From a virus: a DNA stretch of 64,000 nt. This document shows, one piece after another, positions 1 through 10,035 of this stretch. The notes beneath the pieces were generated by a model. That model searched no databases, had not been told where the DNA came from, and worked only from the letters and a program-made list of their open reading frames with translations. Position 1 is the first letter of the stretch; the number at the start of each line of letters is the position of its first letter. The translations under genes and the position numbers were made by a program. The stretch lies in the IMG/VR virus record IMGVR_UViG_3300005253_000011, positions 1-64,000 of that record; one strand, written 5' to 3'.

Positions 1-1697
1 CTTGTTTCAGCATCATTACGTTTTCTATAAAAACCATCCGTTGTATCCAATGATCCATCAGGTACATTGTCTACAAAAGAAGTAGTTGTATTATCATTAA
101 GTGTAGTAACTAAATATAAAAGCTGCAAATTTCCTCCACCTGTAGTTCTATAGATTTTTCGTGCTGAAACATTAAATGCATCAGGAGCTATAGGAATATC
201 AGTAAGGTTTATCTGTTGGTGAGTAGGATCAACCGTTACTTGATTTGAAAAAGCGGTATGAGTTCCAATTTCTCCTTCATCTGTAACATAAATAACCGCG
301 TATCTATAAACACCGTCTGATAATAATCCACTTGTTTCTATTAATGCTGCTGTAGGAGCGGGTGGAGGAGCCATTGTTCGGAAATACAAATTCCCATGAT
401 TTACAGTAAATCTACCAGGAGGATCGTCTTCATCAGCTTGTTGCCCATAGGCTACTGACATATCTGTAACCCTAGTCATAATGCTGTCACCAACAACTGT
501 ATGTAATTTATTTGCCGAAGGTTCAGTTATATAAGTATCTACACCACCATCAAAATATAATTTTGCAGTAGCAGTGATAGCAATACCATCACCAGCAGTC
601 TTAGGATAAAGAAATGGATCTCCAACAGTATCCCGTAACCAATGTCCAGAAGTTACCGCCGATAATGCTTTCCATGTAATACCGGCCCCATCCCGTACCA
701 TTATATCATCTTCATCTGCCCCAATATAATCGGGGATACGATCCAGAGTTGGTTTATTACTATGACTGTGAAGCTCACTGATATCCGGGAGATCTACCAA
801 ACTATTGTAACTCCTCTCAGCCAAGTCTGCCAGGTTATGATTATGAGACGATAACGACCTATTATCAATATCTGCCTGCATTGTAACATGTAATGCATCT
901 ATTTCAGTGCCAGTATAATAAGGGGAAGGATCAAATACCAAAGCCCCGTTATACCAAAGTGATCCAGATGGGGCAGTAAGAAGATCCAACACAGAAATGT
1001 TGGCATGTGTGTGAAGTTCTGCCAAAACTCTCTGTTCTATCAAACCTGTGGAAGCATTTCGTGCAAGTACCGGAACTGACGCGCTTGCAGCTGTGGCTGG
1101 TACATTTGGCAATTGAATAGATCCGGCTGCATTCAAAACCAGAAGATTAGCTCCGGCTCCAGAGAAGGCTAAACCATTAGCTTCATGTCGATACATGCCA
1201 GTATCCTGGTCCGTGTAGAAAGTGAATGGAGGAGTGGCTACAGAATTTACATCCAGAGTGTTAATCATAGGAGCATTAGCCTGGGCTCCCCGTAAATGAC
1301 CGCGTCGTATATATACGCTATTGCGATCCTGCACATAGAATCCCATAGTAGTGCTATCGGATGCATAAATAAGTTGAGTCCCGGGACCCATCATATAACC
1401 AGCAGTGGAATAAATCTTACCAAGGACCCCAAACTCCTCATCGTAGGATTGGGCAGTCTTGCCTACCATCACTTTATCGGCCAACACTTTAGGATACAGA
1501 ACGCCATTTACGTCATCCCTATCCCAGTATCCTTCGAGAGATGGTATAGGCGTACCAGGACTCCTGGAACCTTCGCACCCCAGATCCATATCATCAATAA
1601 CAATAACATTTGGATCAAGATCATCCTGAACAAAAATACTGTTATCCCAACTTGGTGGATCTTCTATTGCTATAACTGGTTTACATTTTCTGGCCAT
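1..1697 (-). CDS. tail fibre / receptor-binding structural protein, partial (runs off the left edge; absent from ORF track)
   Basis: Manual translation from ATG at 1697 (MARKCKPVIAIEDPP...) is open to position 1. It has repeated G(Y/H)WxRD..LYPK and HxHxN motifs and an FTFYTDQDTGMYR fibre-type motif, and lies at the distal end of the virion operon. Confidence 0.7.
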   Translation of the reverse strand, partial: MARKCKPVIAIEDPPSWDNSIFVQDDLDPNVIVIDDMDLGCEGSRSPGTPIPSLEGYWDRDDVNGVLYPKVLADKVMVGKTAQSYDEEFGVLGKIYSTAGYMMGPGTQLIYASDSTTMGFYVQDRNSVYIRRGHLRGAQANAPMINTLDVNSVATPPFTFYTDQDTGMYRHEANGLAFSGAGANLLVLNAAGSIQLPNVPATAASASVPVLARNASTGLIEQRVLAELHTHANISVLDLLTAPSGSLWYNGALVFDPSPYYTGTEIDALHVTMQADIDNRSLSSHNHNLADLAERSYNSLVDLPDISELHSHSNKPTLDRIPDYIGADEDDIMVRDGAGITWKALSAVTSGHWLRDTVGDPFLYPKTAGDGIAITATAKLYFDGGVDTYITEPSANKLHTVVGDSIMTRVTDMSVAYGQQADEDDPPGRFTVNHGNLYFRTMAPPPAPTAALIETSGLLSDGVYRYAVIYVTDEGEIGTHTAFSNQVTVDPTHQQINLTDIPIAPDAFNVSARKIYRTTGGGNLQLLYLVTTLNDNTTTSFVDNVPDGSLDTTDGFYRKRNDAET

Positions 1698-1702
1698 TGG
1701 TT

Positions 1703-2158
1703 CTATATTATACAACTTGATATGCCAAGCTCTGTATTAATTGATCCTGCCTCTTCCTGAGGAGTGGAATCGTCTATTACATCACGCCCTACGGTCCCAG
1801 CTTCATCTTCTGTGACCTCACCATCCGAAATTTCCGTATCTACAGTTCCCTGAGCCTCATCCAAAATATCCTGCTCAGTAACCGCCTTGTCGATGACCCC
1901 AGGAGATCTCTCTGCGACTGGGGTATCGCCTACCTTTTTGGAGATCGTCCCTCCTGAGGGCTCTATTGGCTTATCTCCGGCGGTGATGGTAGAAATAATA
2001 GCATCTTTCCCTTCTGTAACGCCCTCTGCTCCAATCTCAGTTTGCACTACGCCATCTTCAGCATCATCGACCACAACACCACTATCACTAAGAGGGACAA
2101 TATTCTCAGTAATGTCCCCCTCAGTAAATGGTTGTTCTGGTCCATATATGTCGGGCAT
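1703..2158 (-). CDS. acidic hypothetical protein (virion module)
   Basis: 151-aa D/E-rich ORF abutting both neighbours. Confidence 0.6.
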   Translation of the reverse strand: MPDIYGPEQPFTEGDITENIVPLSDSGVVVDDAEDGVVQTEIGAEGVTEGKDAIISTITAGDKPIEPSGGTISKKVGDTPVAERSPGVIDKAVTEQDILDEAQGTVDTEISDGEVTEDEAGTVGRDVIDDSTPQEEAGSINTELGISSCII

Positions 2159-2382
2159 TATGATTTAATTATGAGCTTCCCTTCCAGTCTGGCTTTTTCG
2201 TCGGCGGTGAACCAATCATCCACATTGGTGTGAGACAGGATATCTAAGATCATTTTCCTATTATACAATTCCATCCAACTTAGATTACCGCTTAAAGAAC
2301 CCTGTTGGTGTATACCAAATGTATCGTGATTGGCTTGCTTAGTTACATCACGAGCATATTTTTCTTCTGCAGTCTGTGCCAT
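2158..2382 (-). CDS. hypothetical protein
   Basis: 74-aa ORF; its stop overlaps the next start; AT-rich Bacteroidota-type leader. Confidence 0.6.
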   Translation of the reverse strand: MAQTAEEKYARDVTKQANHDTFGIHQQGSLSGNLSWMELYNRKMILDILSHTNVDDWFTADEKARLEGKLIIKS

Positions 2383-2894
2383 AATTTTAAATTTTTTTTA
2401 AAAGTTAATCCTTTTGTGTATTTACGTTCCCCCCTTAAAACATGGTGAATAGCCGCTTTATTAACATCGTAGATCCTAGCCGCCTCCGCTATAGATGGGT
2501 GAGAAGATTTAAACTCACCCGTTCTGTAATCATACACATCAATAGGCACTGGGGTCATCCCAGCATTTGGTGACCTGTATATTAATCCTGTACGGAACGC
2601 GTGTAATATATTTTCAGATCGTGTAGACCACTCTAAATTAGATTTATCATTGTTTGCCTTGATGCCGTCAATATGATTGACTTCACGCTTATTTTCAGGG
2701 TTAGAAATGAAAGCTTTAGCAACTAATCTAGCAATATATTTATGATGCCTTTTTCCGTCTTTGTGTAGACCTACCCTACAATAGCCTTGATTAGGTGTGA
2801 ATGGCTGCAGGTATAGCTTTTTTCTTAAACTATATATCCTTCCATCAGACGTAACTTCATAATCCGCAAATCCTTCTATTACTTTTTTCTCCAT
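2343..2894 (-). CDS. NUMOD4-HNH homing endonuclease with C-terminal NUMOD1-like HTH
   Basis: IEGFADYEVTSDGRIYS (NUMOD4), EVNHIDGIKANNDKSNLEW (HNH), SIAEAAR (NUMOD1/IENR1-like). Confidence 0.9.
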   Translation of the reverse strand: MEKKVIEGFADYEVTSDGRIYSLRKKLYLQPFTPNQGYCRVGLHKDGKRHHKYIARLVAKAFISNPENKREVNHIDGIKANNDKSNLEWSTRSENILHAFRTGLIYRSPNAGMTPVPIDVYDYRTGEFKSSHPSIAEAARIYDVNKAAIHHVLRGERKYTKGLTFKKNLKLWHRLQKKNMLVM

Positions 2895-2905
2895 AATCTT
2901 AAATT

Positions 2906-3646
2906 CTAATAACCATATTTTACGGCGATTTCCTTGGACATGTTGATGTTTGCATTAATCTCATCCCACGCATCAACGTTCATGAGAATTGGAATGGCAG
3001 ACATGGCCTGACATAATCTAACCGCATCAATCCAAAATGGGTCTCTGAACAATTGTTCCCATGCACATCCGATATCATTGTTAACACAATTCGCAATGTA
3101 CTCCAGACGAGCCCAAAGTTCAGCCATGTCGCTAGTAATGGTTACATTCTTAGTCAGTTGATACTTGGCTGGAAGATCATCCATATCAGATACAACTTCC
3201 CAAAAGGTTGGCGAAGATGCCGGTGTATCACCGGTAGAATCTTGTAAACATTTGTATAGGACTCCCAGGTGAACTACATATGGAGTAGTAGCTACCAAAT
3301 AAGCATAGCCGACTCCCCAAGTCGGAAGAGCAAATAGTTCTATGATATACCTACCGTCTCCAGTGGTATATGAGTATGCGGTAGACATTGGCAAAGAAGA
3401 TCCGTTCGGAACGTCTAATGTAATGTCACCATCAGTAGGATATTCAGACGAAAATAGATATACTGTTCCCGTCGGAAGTGTAATTCTTAACTTCCGGAAC
3501 GCATCAAAATCCGTCTGACTATGCCCGGCTTCGGGGCTTGCATCATCATAATTCGAATGATCAACGATGGTCATTACATCATTCGAATCTGTAATGTCCG
3601 CCAGCCCGGTAGTCGGATTTGTTATTGAAATCTGGAAATTGCTCAT
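2906..3646 (-). CDS. virion/tail protein with CBM5/12-like aromatic motif
   Basis: W..GYAY...VVHLGVLYKCLQ....P...PTFWEVV resembles a chitin-binding type module; located in the virion operon. Confidence 0.5.
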   Translation of the reverse strand: MSNFQISITNPTTGLADITDSNDVMTIVDHSNYDDASPEAGHSQTDFDAFRKLRITLPTGTVYLFSSEYPTDGDITLDVPNGSSLPMSTAYSYTTGDGRYIIELFALPTWGVGYAYLVATTPYVVHLGVLYKCLQDSTGDTPASSPTFWEVVSDMDDLPAKYQLTKNVTITSDMAELWARLEYIANCVNNDIGCAWEQLFRDPFWIDAVRLCQAMSAIPILMNVDAWDEINANINMSKEIAVKYGY

Positions 3647-3682
3647 AATTAATTAATTTTATTATGTAAAGATACTACATTT

Positions 3683-6600
3683 CTACTTATTTTCCTGACG
3701 AAACTTTTTCACCTGTCCGCCTGTGAGACCTTGCCTCTTGCCAGCTTCTACTGCGGCCTTCTCTTTGCGGGCTTCTTCCCATGCATCAGGGTCAAACATA
3801 TCGTGGATTTCAACACCTGAATCATAATCCGGATCATACAGGCCCATACCCTGACGTACAGGCTTATCGGTCTCTCCGGATGCAATACCTTTGATGTCCT
3901 CAACGATATCAAATACTTGCTTCACTGGATATCCAGTAAACGCCGCCAGATGTTTCCCAAACTTCACAAGCTCATCATTTCTTTTATCAATCTCTCCGGC
4001 CTTATGATATTCAGACGCCTTAACTAACTCAGTGGCTATATTCTTCATCATCCCAACAATAGGTGACATGGTTTGTTTATCGGCCCATGGCTCTTTCTGA
4101 ACAATAGCGCCTATCACATCAACCAGCCTACCGAAGTATGCCAGACCTCTGGTGTTACCCAAAGCTGCAGCCCATACCAATTTATTCGTACCACCTTTAT
4201 TCTCCGGGTCTAGCATTAAACCGTTCTCAGCCAGATTATACATAACTCCCATTAATACATGAGATAGCATAAAGTTCTTAAAATGTACACCAAAAGCTGC
4301 AGCGTTACCCTGTCTGGCTGACGCATATGCTAAGTCCAATGATTGGGTAGCTACCCTATGGATCTGGCCAGCGCCTGAAGTAAACATGGCTATGGACCGG
4401 TTTAATGGATGACCAGTTCTCCACTGTGATATGTTCGACATCCTGGTTGACTGCTGGGTAGCTTCACTCATCATCGTCCATTTCTCAATATGCGGCTGCA
4501 TGAGTTTATCCAGCTCTGTTTCCTTAGTGGTTCCATTCTCTTTAGCCAATCTCTCAGCCTCTTTGTTTGCTTTACTCCAGGATGTACCAGCCTTTCTCAT
4601 CTTATCCATTACGTATGCTCCACCGGCATTAACAATTGGGAACCGGTCACCATACTTAATATTAGAAGATGCGATTTGATCAATCTTATCTTCCGGTATT
4701 ACATTAAACATTCGCTGAAGATTGATTCTAGCTCTCTGACCCGCCCTCTTGTATAGGTTCTCAGTGTATTTATAACTATCCCTTTTCCGGACAAAATTCT
4801 GATCGGCATCCATAGGAGCATGACCCCTATCAGCAACGAACGGTTGTTTCTTCAGGTACCGCTTCAGATCATACCCTTCCGGGGTCATTAACATCTTTGC
4901 TATACCGGTTCCCCAATGGTATGGGTCCATGTCAAGTAAGTACATTGCGGATGATATAGTCTGCTTCAATCCTACAGCTCTATTCAAATATAATATACCC
5001 TTACTCATTCTACGGATCATTCCATCCAAAGGTTGATATGTATCGTTAAGTGTCTTGCCGGCAAATCTCTCGATGAACCAATCGGTTACATCAACATAAT
5101 TACTACCATGCATCTGAGTGATCATAGCCCGGACCTTAGGATCTTTGAATGTCTCATCCAATCTCCGTACAGTCTCTGCCCAGTTAGCGTAATGCATTTG
5201 ATCCCGCATATATTTATCATAAACTTGCATCATATCCATATATACGAACGGATCTGTACTCTTGGTACGCTGAATGTGATGATCACTGGTTACTCTTGTG
5301 TGAAAGGATTGCTTATCCATCGCATCACTGGAGGCTCTACTGAATTCGCCAGCCTCACGGGTAAATGGCCAGTAGTTCTCAACTTCACCTAAACTTACCC
5401 CATTCTCCCTACGGTATACCGGTTGTACTTTGGCATCCTTATACGTATTCATATTGTTTCTCAACTTGATAGCCAATTTCTTTACTCTCGGATCTAGGAA
5501 ATTTTCAAGCTGTTCAAATGTTATGTCTGACCATCCCATACCATGCTCCGCACGCGGTTTTCTGAATGTAGCTTCTGCTCCCTCTTGTTGCAGCATTAAC
5601 CACAAATGCCCAGCCTCATATTGACTTAATGGAAGTTCCTTATGTTTATCATTTGGCATATCAATCATAAGCACATCCGGCTTCTGTATCCTATTCTCCA
5701 GCCCTAAATCTTTTCTTCCCTTCTCTTTGTACCCCGTCAACTCATAAGCATCATTCATCATAGCTTTCTTTGTATCGATATACTCAGCCTTATCCCTGGC
5801 ATGGCCTTCTTCAGCCTTACTGATCCCCGGCATGAATTCCTTATTGAGAGGATCATTAAATACAATAGACTTATCACCGGCCAGATCCCTACGGGAGGCC
5901 ATAGTGCTTAGAACAGATTTAAAACTCATATCGCCAGTCATCTTAAGTGGATGTCTGGTCTTAGGCTTTTTCTTCTCTGACCCGATCTGTAACTCTTCAC
6001 CTTTCCTGGACCCGTGTTCAAACATTAGATCACGCCGGCGATCTTTATCCTTCTTCCATTCCTCTCTCAATATCTCAGAGGCCATACGATCTGTCTTCTT
6101 AAGTTCCTTGATATTATCAAGCATGAATTTAAGCTCAGATGGCCCCTTAAGACCAATCGTGGCATAATCCAGCTGCTCTTTCAATACGGCGTCATCCAGG
6201 GTATAACCATTGACATCTGTATCCTCTGGTACCTCTTCACCACGCTCTCTATCTCGCACTCGCTTTTCTGCTCTATCGTTAATCTTCTGAATCTCAACAT
6301 GAGCTTTACCACGGAATTCCGGATTATTCAATCCCTCTTCTACAATACCAGATAAGGTCTCAAATTTCTCAATGCGTTGGTACCCACTTAATGGGTTAAA
6401 GTAACTACGCTTGGCTTTCTTTTTGCCTAGCCCTTTACCAGTTGCTTCAGTCATAGACGCGGGATCTATCTCTTTCCTGATACTGGTAATATGCTTCTCT
6501 GCCAGCTGCCTGGATGCGCGGAATTCAGCATCCTGGATCATCATGGTAAGATCTTTCTTGATGGCCTCAACCTGGTTCCATCCAACCTTGCCGGTAGTAA

Positions 6601-9600
6601 TATTATTTATCTGACGAAGTGTCCTAGTACGTACCGGTATTTTAAGTCGGTCAAACTGTGCCCTATTCTCCTTCAGGAAGTCTTCCAGCTTTCCCTTGAT
6701 CTCCTTAGCTTCCTTCTTGTTCATATCCCTGCCCTTGGCAATAGCTTTTTTCTCCTTCTGAGCCGGTGTATCTTCGTAGATTTTAAATTCATCTTCCCAG
6801 GCTTTGACCAGGGATTCACGCTCAGGCTTAGTAGCCTCTTCCACTGCAGCACGTTCCTTAGCTCTAAACTCAGCTTCACGCTCTTTCGCTACATAAGTTA
6901 CCTCCCTAGTCTCCAGATTGTATATAAATTCCTGCTTATATGCTTCACCAAGCTTCACAGCCTCTGCTTTAGTCTTAACAAAGTTAAACAGGTCAATAGA
7001 AGATTTATCAGTTTTCGCCTCATAGAATGTGCCTACTCCTACCTTCTCGCCCTTATCGTGACGCTCCTGGAGTTCCTTCGCATGCTTGTCCTTGAACGCC
7101 TGGATCTGCTCATCGGTAACTTTCTTACCTTTAATAACTTCCCCCTTCTCACCAACTACAAATGGAGTTTCGGTTTTAACGTCAGCCGTTTCAGCGAATC
7201 CTGGCTTACCATCTTTCTTACCTTCATACTTAAAAGTAGATCTGCCCTTCTTTTCATGAAGCTCGGATTGTGTCTTACTATCTGCAGGCATAACTGGCTT
7301 CTCCAGGCCCTCAGCCTGATCGATTCTCCACTTCCGGCGTTCATTCCTTTGGATATCAGCTGCAAGGTCTGCATCACCCATAGAAGCATACTTATCTTCC
7401 AAACTTATCTCTCCAACCTTTTTTCCTTTAGCTTTTTCAATAGCCTTACCAACCTCACTGAAGGAAGTTTCCTTAGTTGGAAATACTACGGAGTCCATTA
7501 TACCCTCTACTCGGCCTTCCGGTATATTTTCCAAAGCCTCAATAAAAGCTTCTTTGTTTCCAAATCCGCGCCTGCCTATTCTATATCCGGAATGGCTCGG
7601 TTCAGAAAATTTTCTCACTTCCATCTCCTCTTTAGCGGCTGCCACTTCTTTGTCAAACTTCTCATGTAAAGCCTTACGTTCATGATCTGTAGCAAATTCA
7701 ATAGTCTTACCTTCAGCTACTGATAATTCTGTATCAATTAACTTATATTTACCCTCTCCGGTTTTCGTAAGACTACCAGATACTCTATCCATGCCAAGTA
7801 TATTGGACTCAAATCCAGCATCAGTTACTTCACCGGGCTTAAGCTCTCCCCCCTCTTTTATCTCTTTCAGTCTTTTTTGTACTTCAGGATCTTTCAATTG
7901 CTCTTTAATTGGAGCTGTTTTGGCCGGCTTGGCCGGTTCAGCTGGCTCCTCAAGTGGAGGTTTAGGAGCGCCTGCCACAGTAGTTGGCTTAGGTCTTTCC
8001 TTACCTTCAGGTGGATTCAGGGATTCATTCCATGTATTATAGAACTTTCTCATCAGCTTCTCCTGCTCGGCTGATCTATGTTCTGGCCTAGTTTCCCACG
8101 CATCAAGTACTTTATTCAGATCCATGTTAGCATCCAGGGTACCATTAGATACAGCTTCTTTATCTGGCAGGGATAACTTTTCGAATTCTCGATGCTTACC
8201 CATATCAACGGCCTCCCTATCCAGGAACCTGGCATTTTTTTCAGCCTCTCCTTTTGTGGATGCCCTAACAGCGTCTACCAACATTTTACTGCCATCTTTG
8301 TCTACCTGATAGGCTTTAATGCCATAGCCTTCCTCACTTTTGAAGATCTCCACACCGTTTATTTCCGGCGCAATTTTAGCATATGTACCAGTACGTTCAT
8401 ACAGTAATTTGGATTTGGTTATCCATGGAATGTTCTCATCTGCCATTATTTCAACGAAAGTCTTATCATTTAATTTTTGCGAGAAGGGTCCTATTTCACC
8501 CTCTGGTCTGTAACCTTCAACCATATCCTTTTCCAAAGGAGTAAGTTCCGCATCGAATTCTTTTTTACGTGCAGGATCTTCAAACGCCTTCGACTTTTCA
8601 AAGTATTTGCTATATTTCTTAACAGTAGCTCCAGGATGTTGAACATAACCAGCGCCTTTAGATCCGAGTACCATCTTTAAAGTATGGAGCCAATCAACAC
8701 TACTCAAGGGTTTATCCTGCAGAAATGCATCACCGGCACCAAATACGCCTATTTCAGCTCCAAAAGCAATACCCTTCCCACTCACCTGACCAAATTTACC
8801 TAACCCTTTTGCCATAACAGATTCCAGATACTTACCACCTATTCCAGTGGCCGCTAAAGCGACACCCAATTTCATTCCAATCACACCTTGTTTCCTTACA
8901 TCACGCCATTCAACTTCCCTCATGGGAATATCCTCCTCCTTCATTTGACCAAGTACCTCTCCTACACTATTATATAACCCTAGAGCTCCCGCACTACCAC
9001 CCATTCCCTCTAGGACTGGTGGAGCTTTGGCTGCTAGGTTGAGTAATATTTTTGAATTCTTTGTAGCCGCTGCTGCAATCATATCCTCAGCCAGGATACC
9101 TTTTACACCAAGTTTCGTCAATCCCTTACGGACCAGGTTAAATCCACTATAAGCTATTCCTCTTCCTAAAGCGGTCCTTGTAACGAGCGACGCGGCCCCT
9201 TTACCCATCATTCCTCCTGCTGCGAATAACGGACCATCAAAAAGAAACCCTAGTGATATAGCGGCTACATCCTGTAAAAAATTCGGGTCCATTTTATCCA
9301 GCTCATCCTGATCATACATTGCCTCACCATTAGATATATCGTAAGCCAAACCCATTAAAGAGCCATTGAATCCGGCTCGAAATACATATGTTTCTTCTAA
9401 TTTTGCCTGCGACGCTTCGGCCACATTTGGACTAACTGGATTGATCAAACCACCAGCTACTCCCATTGTGCTAAATTCCTTTGTAGGCTCACCTGACGCA
9501 CCAAATATTTTTTCCCATGGGCTTAAATCATCCGCCCCACGATCAGCCGCTTCTTTTAGCCTCTCTCCGTTTGGAGACAGTTTAATATCATCAGGGTCCT

Positions 9601-10033
9601 GGGGAGCGAAGCCGAAATCATCTTCCGGAGCCAATTCTACTCTTGTACCATCCGGTACAGCTGTAAATCCGAAATCTTCACTCTCTTCGAGTGGTTGTAT
9701 ATCTTTAGTCATAGGTTTTTCTGTTTGTTTTTTTGACCGGCTGCCTAAATAATTAGAAAATTCCTTAGAAAATGCTTCAGCCTCTTCAAGGGTGTTAAAC
9801 CGTACCGCGTCTTGATTTTCAACAGCAAGACGTTCAGCTTCGTCATAACCATATTCCTTTAATGCGCCATCTACTTTTCGTATGGTAGGAGCCACATAAT
9901 GCCCTTTATCATCAGAAAAAGTAAAGGTACTTACTGACGAGCTTGGACCTTTTTCTCTAGGAATATTGAGGGTATCAGTCATAGCCCTTTTCATCCAAGG
10001 GTGTTTAGTAGCTAATGAGTCTATATCAGGCAT
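3683..10033 (-). CDS. very large internal virion (DNA ejection) protein
   Basis: 2116 aa, charged and helical with Gly/Ala-rich segments; last of three consecutive internal-protein-like genes after the tail genes, as in podoviruses. Confidence 0.6.
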   Translation of the reverse strand: MPDIDSLATKHPWMKRAMTDTLNIPREKGPSSSVSTFTFSDDKGHYVAPTIRKVDGALKEYGYDEAERLAVENQDAVRFNTLEEAEAFSKEFSNYLGSRSKKQTEKPMTKDIQPLEESEDFGFTAVPDGTRVELAPEDDFGFAPQDPDDIKLSPNGERLKEAADRGADDLSPWEKIFGASGEPTKEFSTMGVAGGLINPVSPNVAEASQAKLEETYVFRAGFNGSLMGLAYDISNGEAMYDQDELDKMDPNFLQDVAAISLGFLFDGPLFAAGGMMGKGAASLVTRTALGRGIAYSGFNLVRKGLTKLGVKGILAEDMIAAAATKNSKILLNLAAKAPPVLEGMGGSAGALGLYNSVGEVLGQMKEEDIPMREVEWRDVRKQGVIGMKLGVALAATGIGGKYLESVMAKGLGKFGQVSGKGIAFGAEIGVFGAGDAFLQDKPLSSVDWLHTLKMVLGSKGAGYVQHPGATVKKYSKYFEKSKAFEDPARKKEFDAELTPLEKDMVEGYRPEGEIGPFSQKLNDKTFVEIMADENIPWITKSKLLYERTGTYAKIAPEINGVEIFKSEEGYGIKAYQVDKDGSKMLVDAVRASTKGEAEKNARFLDREAVDMGKHREFEKLSLPDKEAVSNGTLDANMDLNKVLDAWETRPEHRSAEQEKLMRKFYNTWNESLNPPEGKERPKPTTVAGAPKPPLEEPAEPAKPAKTAPIKEQLKDPEVQKRLKEIKEGGELKPGEVTDAGFESNILGMDRVSGSLTKTGEGKYKLIDTELSVAEGKTIEFATDHERKALHEKFDKEVAAAKEEMEVRKFSEPSHSGYRIGRRGFGNKEAFIEALENIPEGRVEGIMDSVVFPTKETSFSEVGKAIEKAKGKKVGEISLEDKYASMGDADLAADIQRNERRKWRIDQAEGLEKPVMPADSKTQSELHEKKGRSTFKYEGKKDGKPGFAETADVKTETPFVVGEKGEVIKGKKVTDEQIQAFKDKHAKELQERHDKGEKVGVGTFYEAKTDKSSIDLFNFVKTKAEAVKLGEAYKQEFIYNLETREVTYVAKEREAEFRAKERAAVEEATKPERESLVKAWEDEFKIYEDTPAQKEKKAIAKGRDMNKKEAKEIKGKLEDFLKENRAQFDRLKIPVRTRTLRQINNITTGKVGWNQVEAIKKDLTMMIQDAEFRASRQLAEKHITSIRKEIDPASMTEATGKGLGKKKAKRSYFNPLSGYQRIEKFETLSGIVEEGLNNPEFRGKAHVEIQKINDRAEKRVRDRERGEEVPEDTDVNGYTLDDAVLKEQLDYATIGLKGPSELKFMLDNIKELKKTDRMASEILREEWKKDKDRRRDLMFEHGSRKGEELQIGSEKKKPKTRHPLKMTGDMSFKSVLSTMASRRDLAGDKSIVFNDPLNKEFMPGISKAEEGHARDKAEYIDTKKAMMNDAYELTGYKEKGRKDLGLENRIQKPDVLMIDMPNDKHKELPLSQYEAGHLWLMLQQEGAEATFRKPRAEHGMGWSDITFEQLENFLDPRVKKLAIKLRNNMNTYKDAKVQPVYRRENGVSLGEVENYWPFTREAGEFSRASSDAMDKQSFHTRVTSDHHIQRTKSTDPFVYMDMMQVYDKYMRDQMHYANWAETVRRLDETFKDPKVRAMITQMHGSNYVDVTDWFIERFAGKTLNDTYQPLDGMIRRMSKGILYLNRAVGLKQTISSAMYLLDMDPYHWGTGIAKMLMTPEGYDLKRYLKKQPFVADRGHAPMDADQNFVRKRDSYKYTENLYKRAGQRARINLQRMFNVIPEDKIDQIASSNIKYGDRFPIVNAGGAYVMDKMRKAGTSWSKANKEAERLAKENGTTKETELDKLMQPHIEKWTMMSEATQQSTRMSNISQWRTGHPLNRSIAMFTSGAGQIHRVATQSLDLAYASARQGNAAAFGVHFKNFMLSHVLMGVMYNLAENGLMLDPENKGGTNKLVWAAALGNTRGLAYFGRLVDVIGAIVQKEPWADKQTMSPIVGMMKNIATELVKASEYHKAGEIDKRNDELVKFGKHLAAFTGYPVKQVFDIVEDIKGIASGETDKPVRQGMGLYDPDYDSGVEIHDMFDPDAWEEARKEKAAVEAGKRQGLTGGQVKKFRQENK

Positions 10034-10035
10034 GA

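Noticed and set aside
1560-1697. Suspected frameshift at the start of the tail fibre gene
   Set aside because: Careful re-translation shows a single open frame from 1697 to the window edge.
3683-10033. Virion RNA polymerase as in crAss-like phages
   Set aside because: No catalytic DxDxD motif in a plausible context; the only one noticed (DPDYD) is at the extreme C-terminus.
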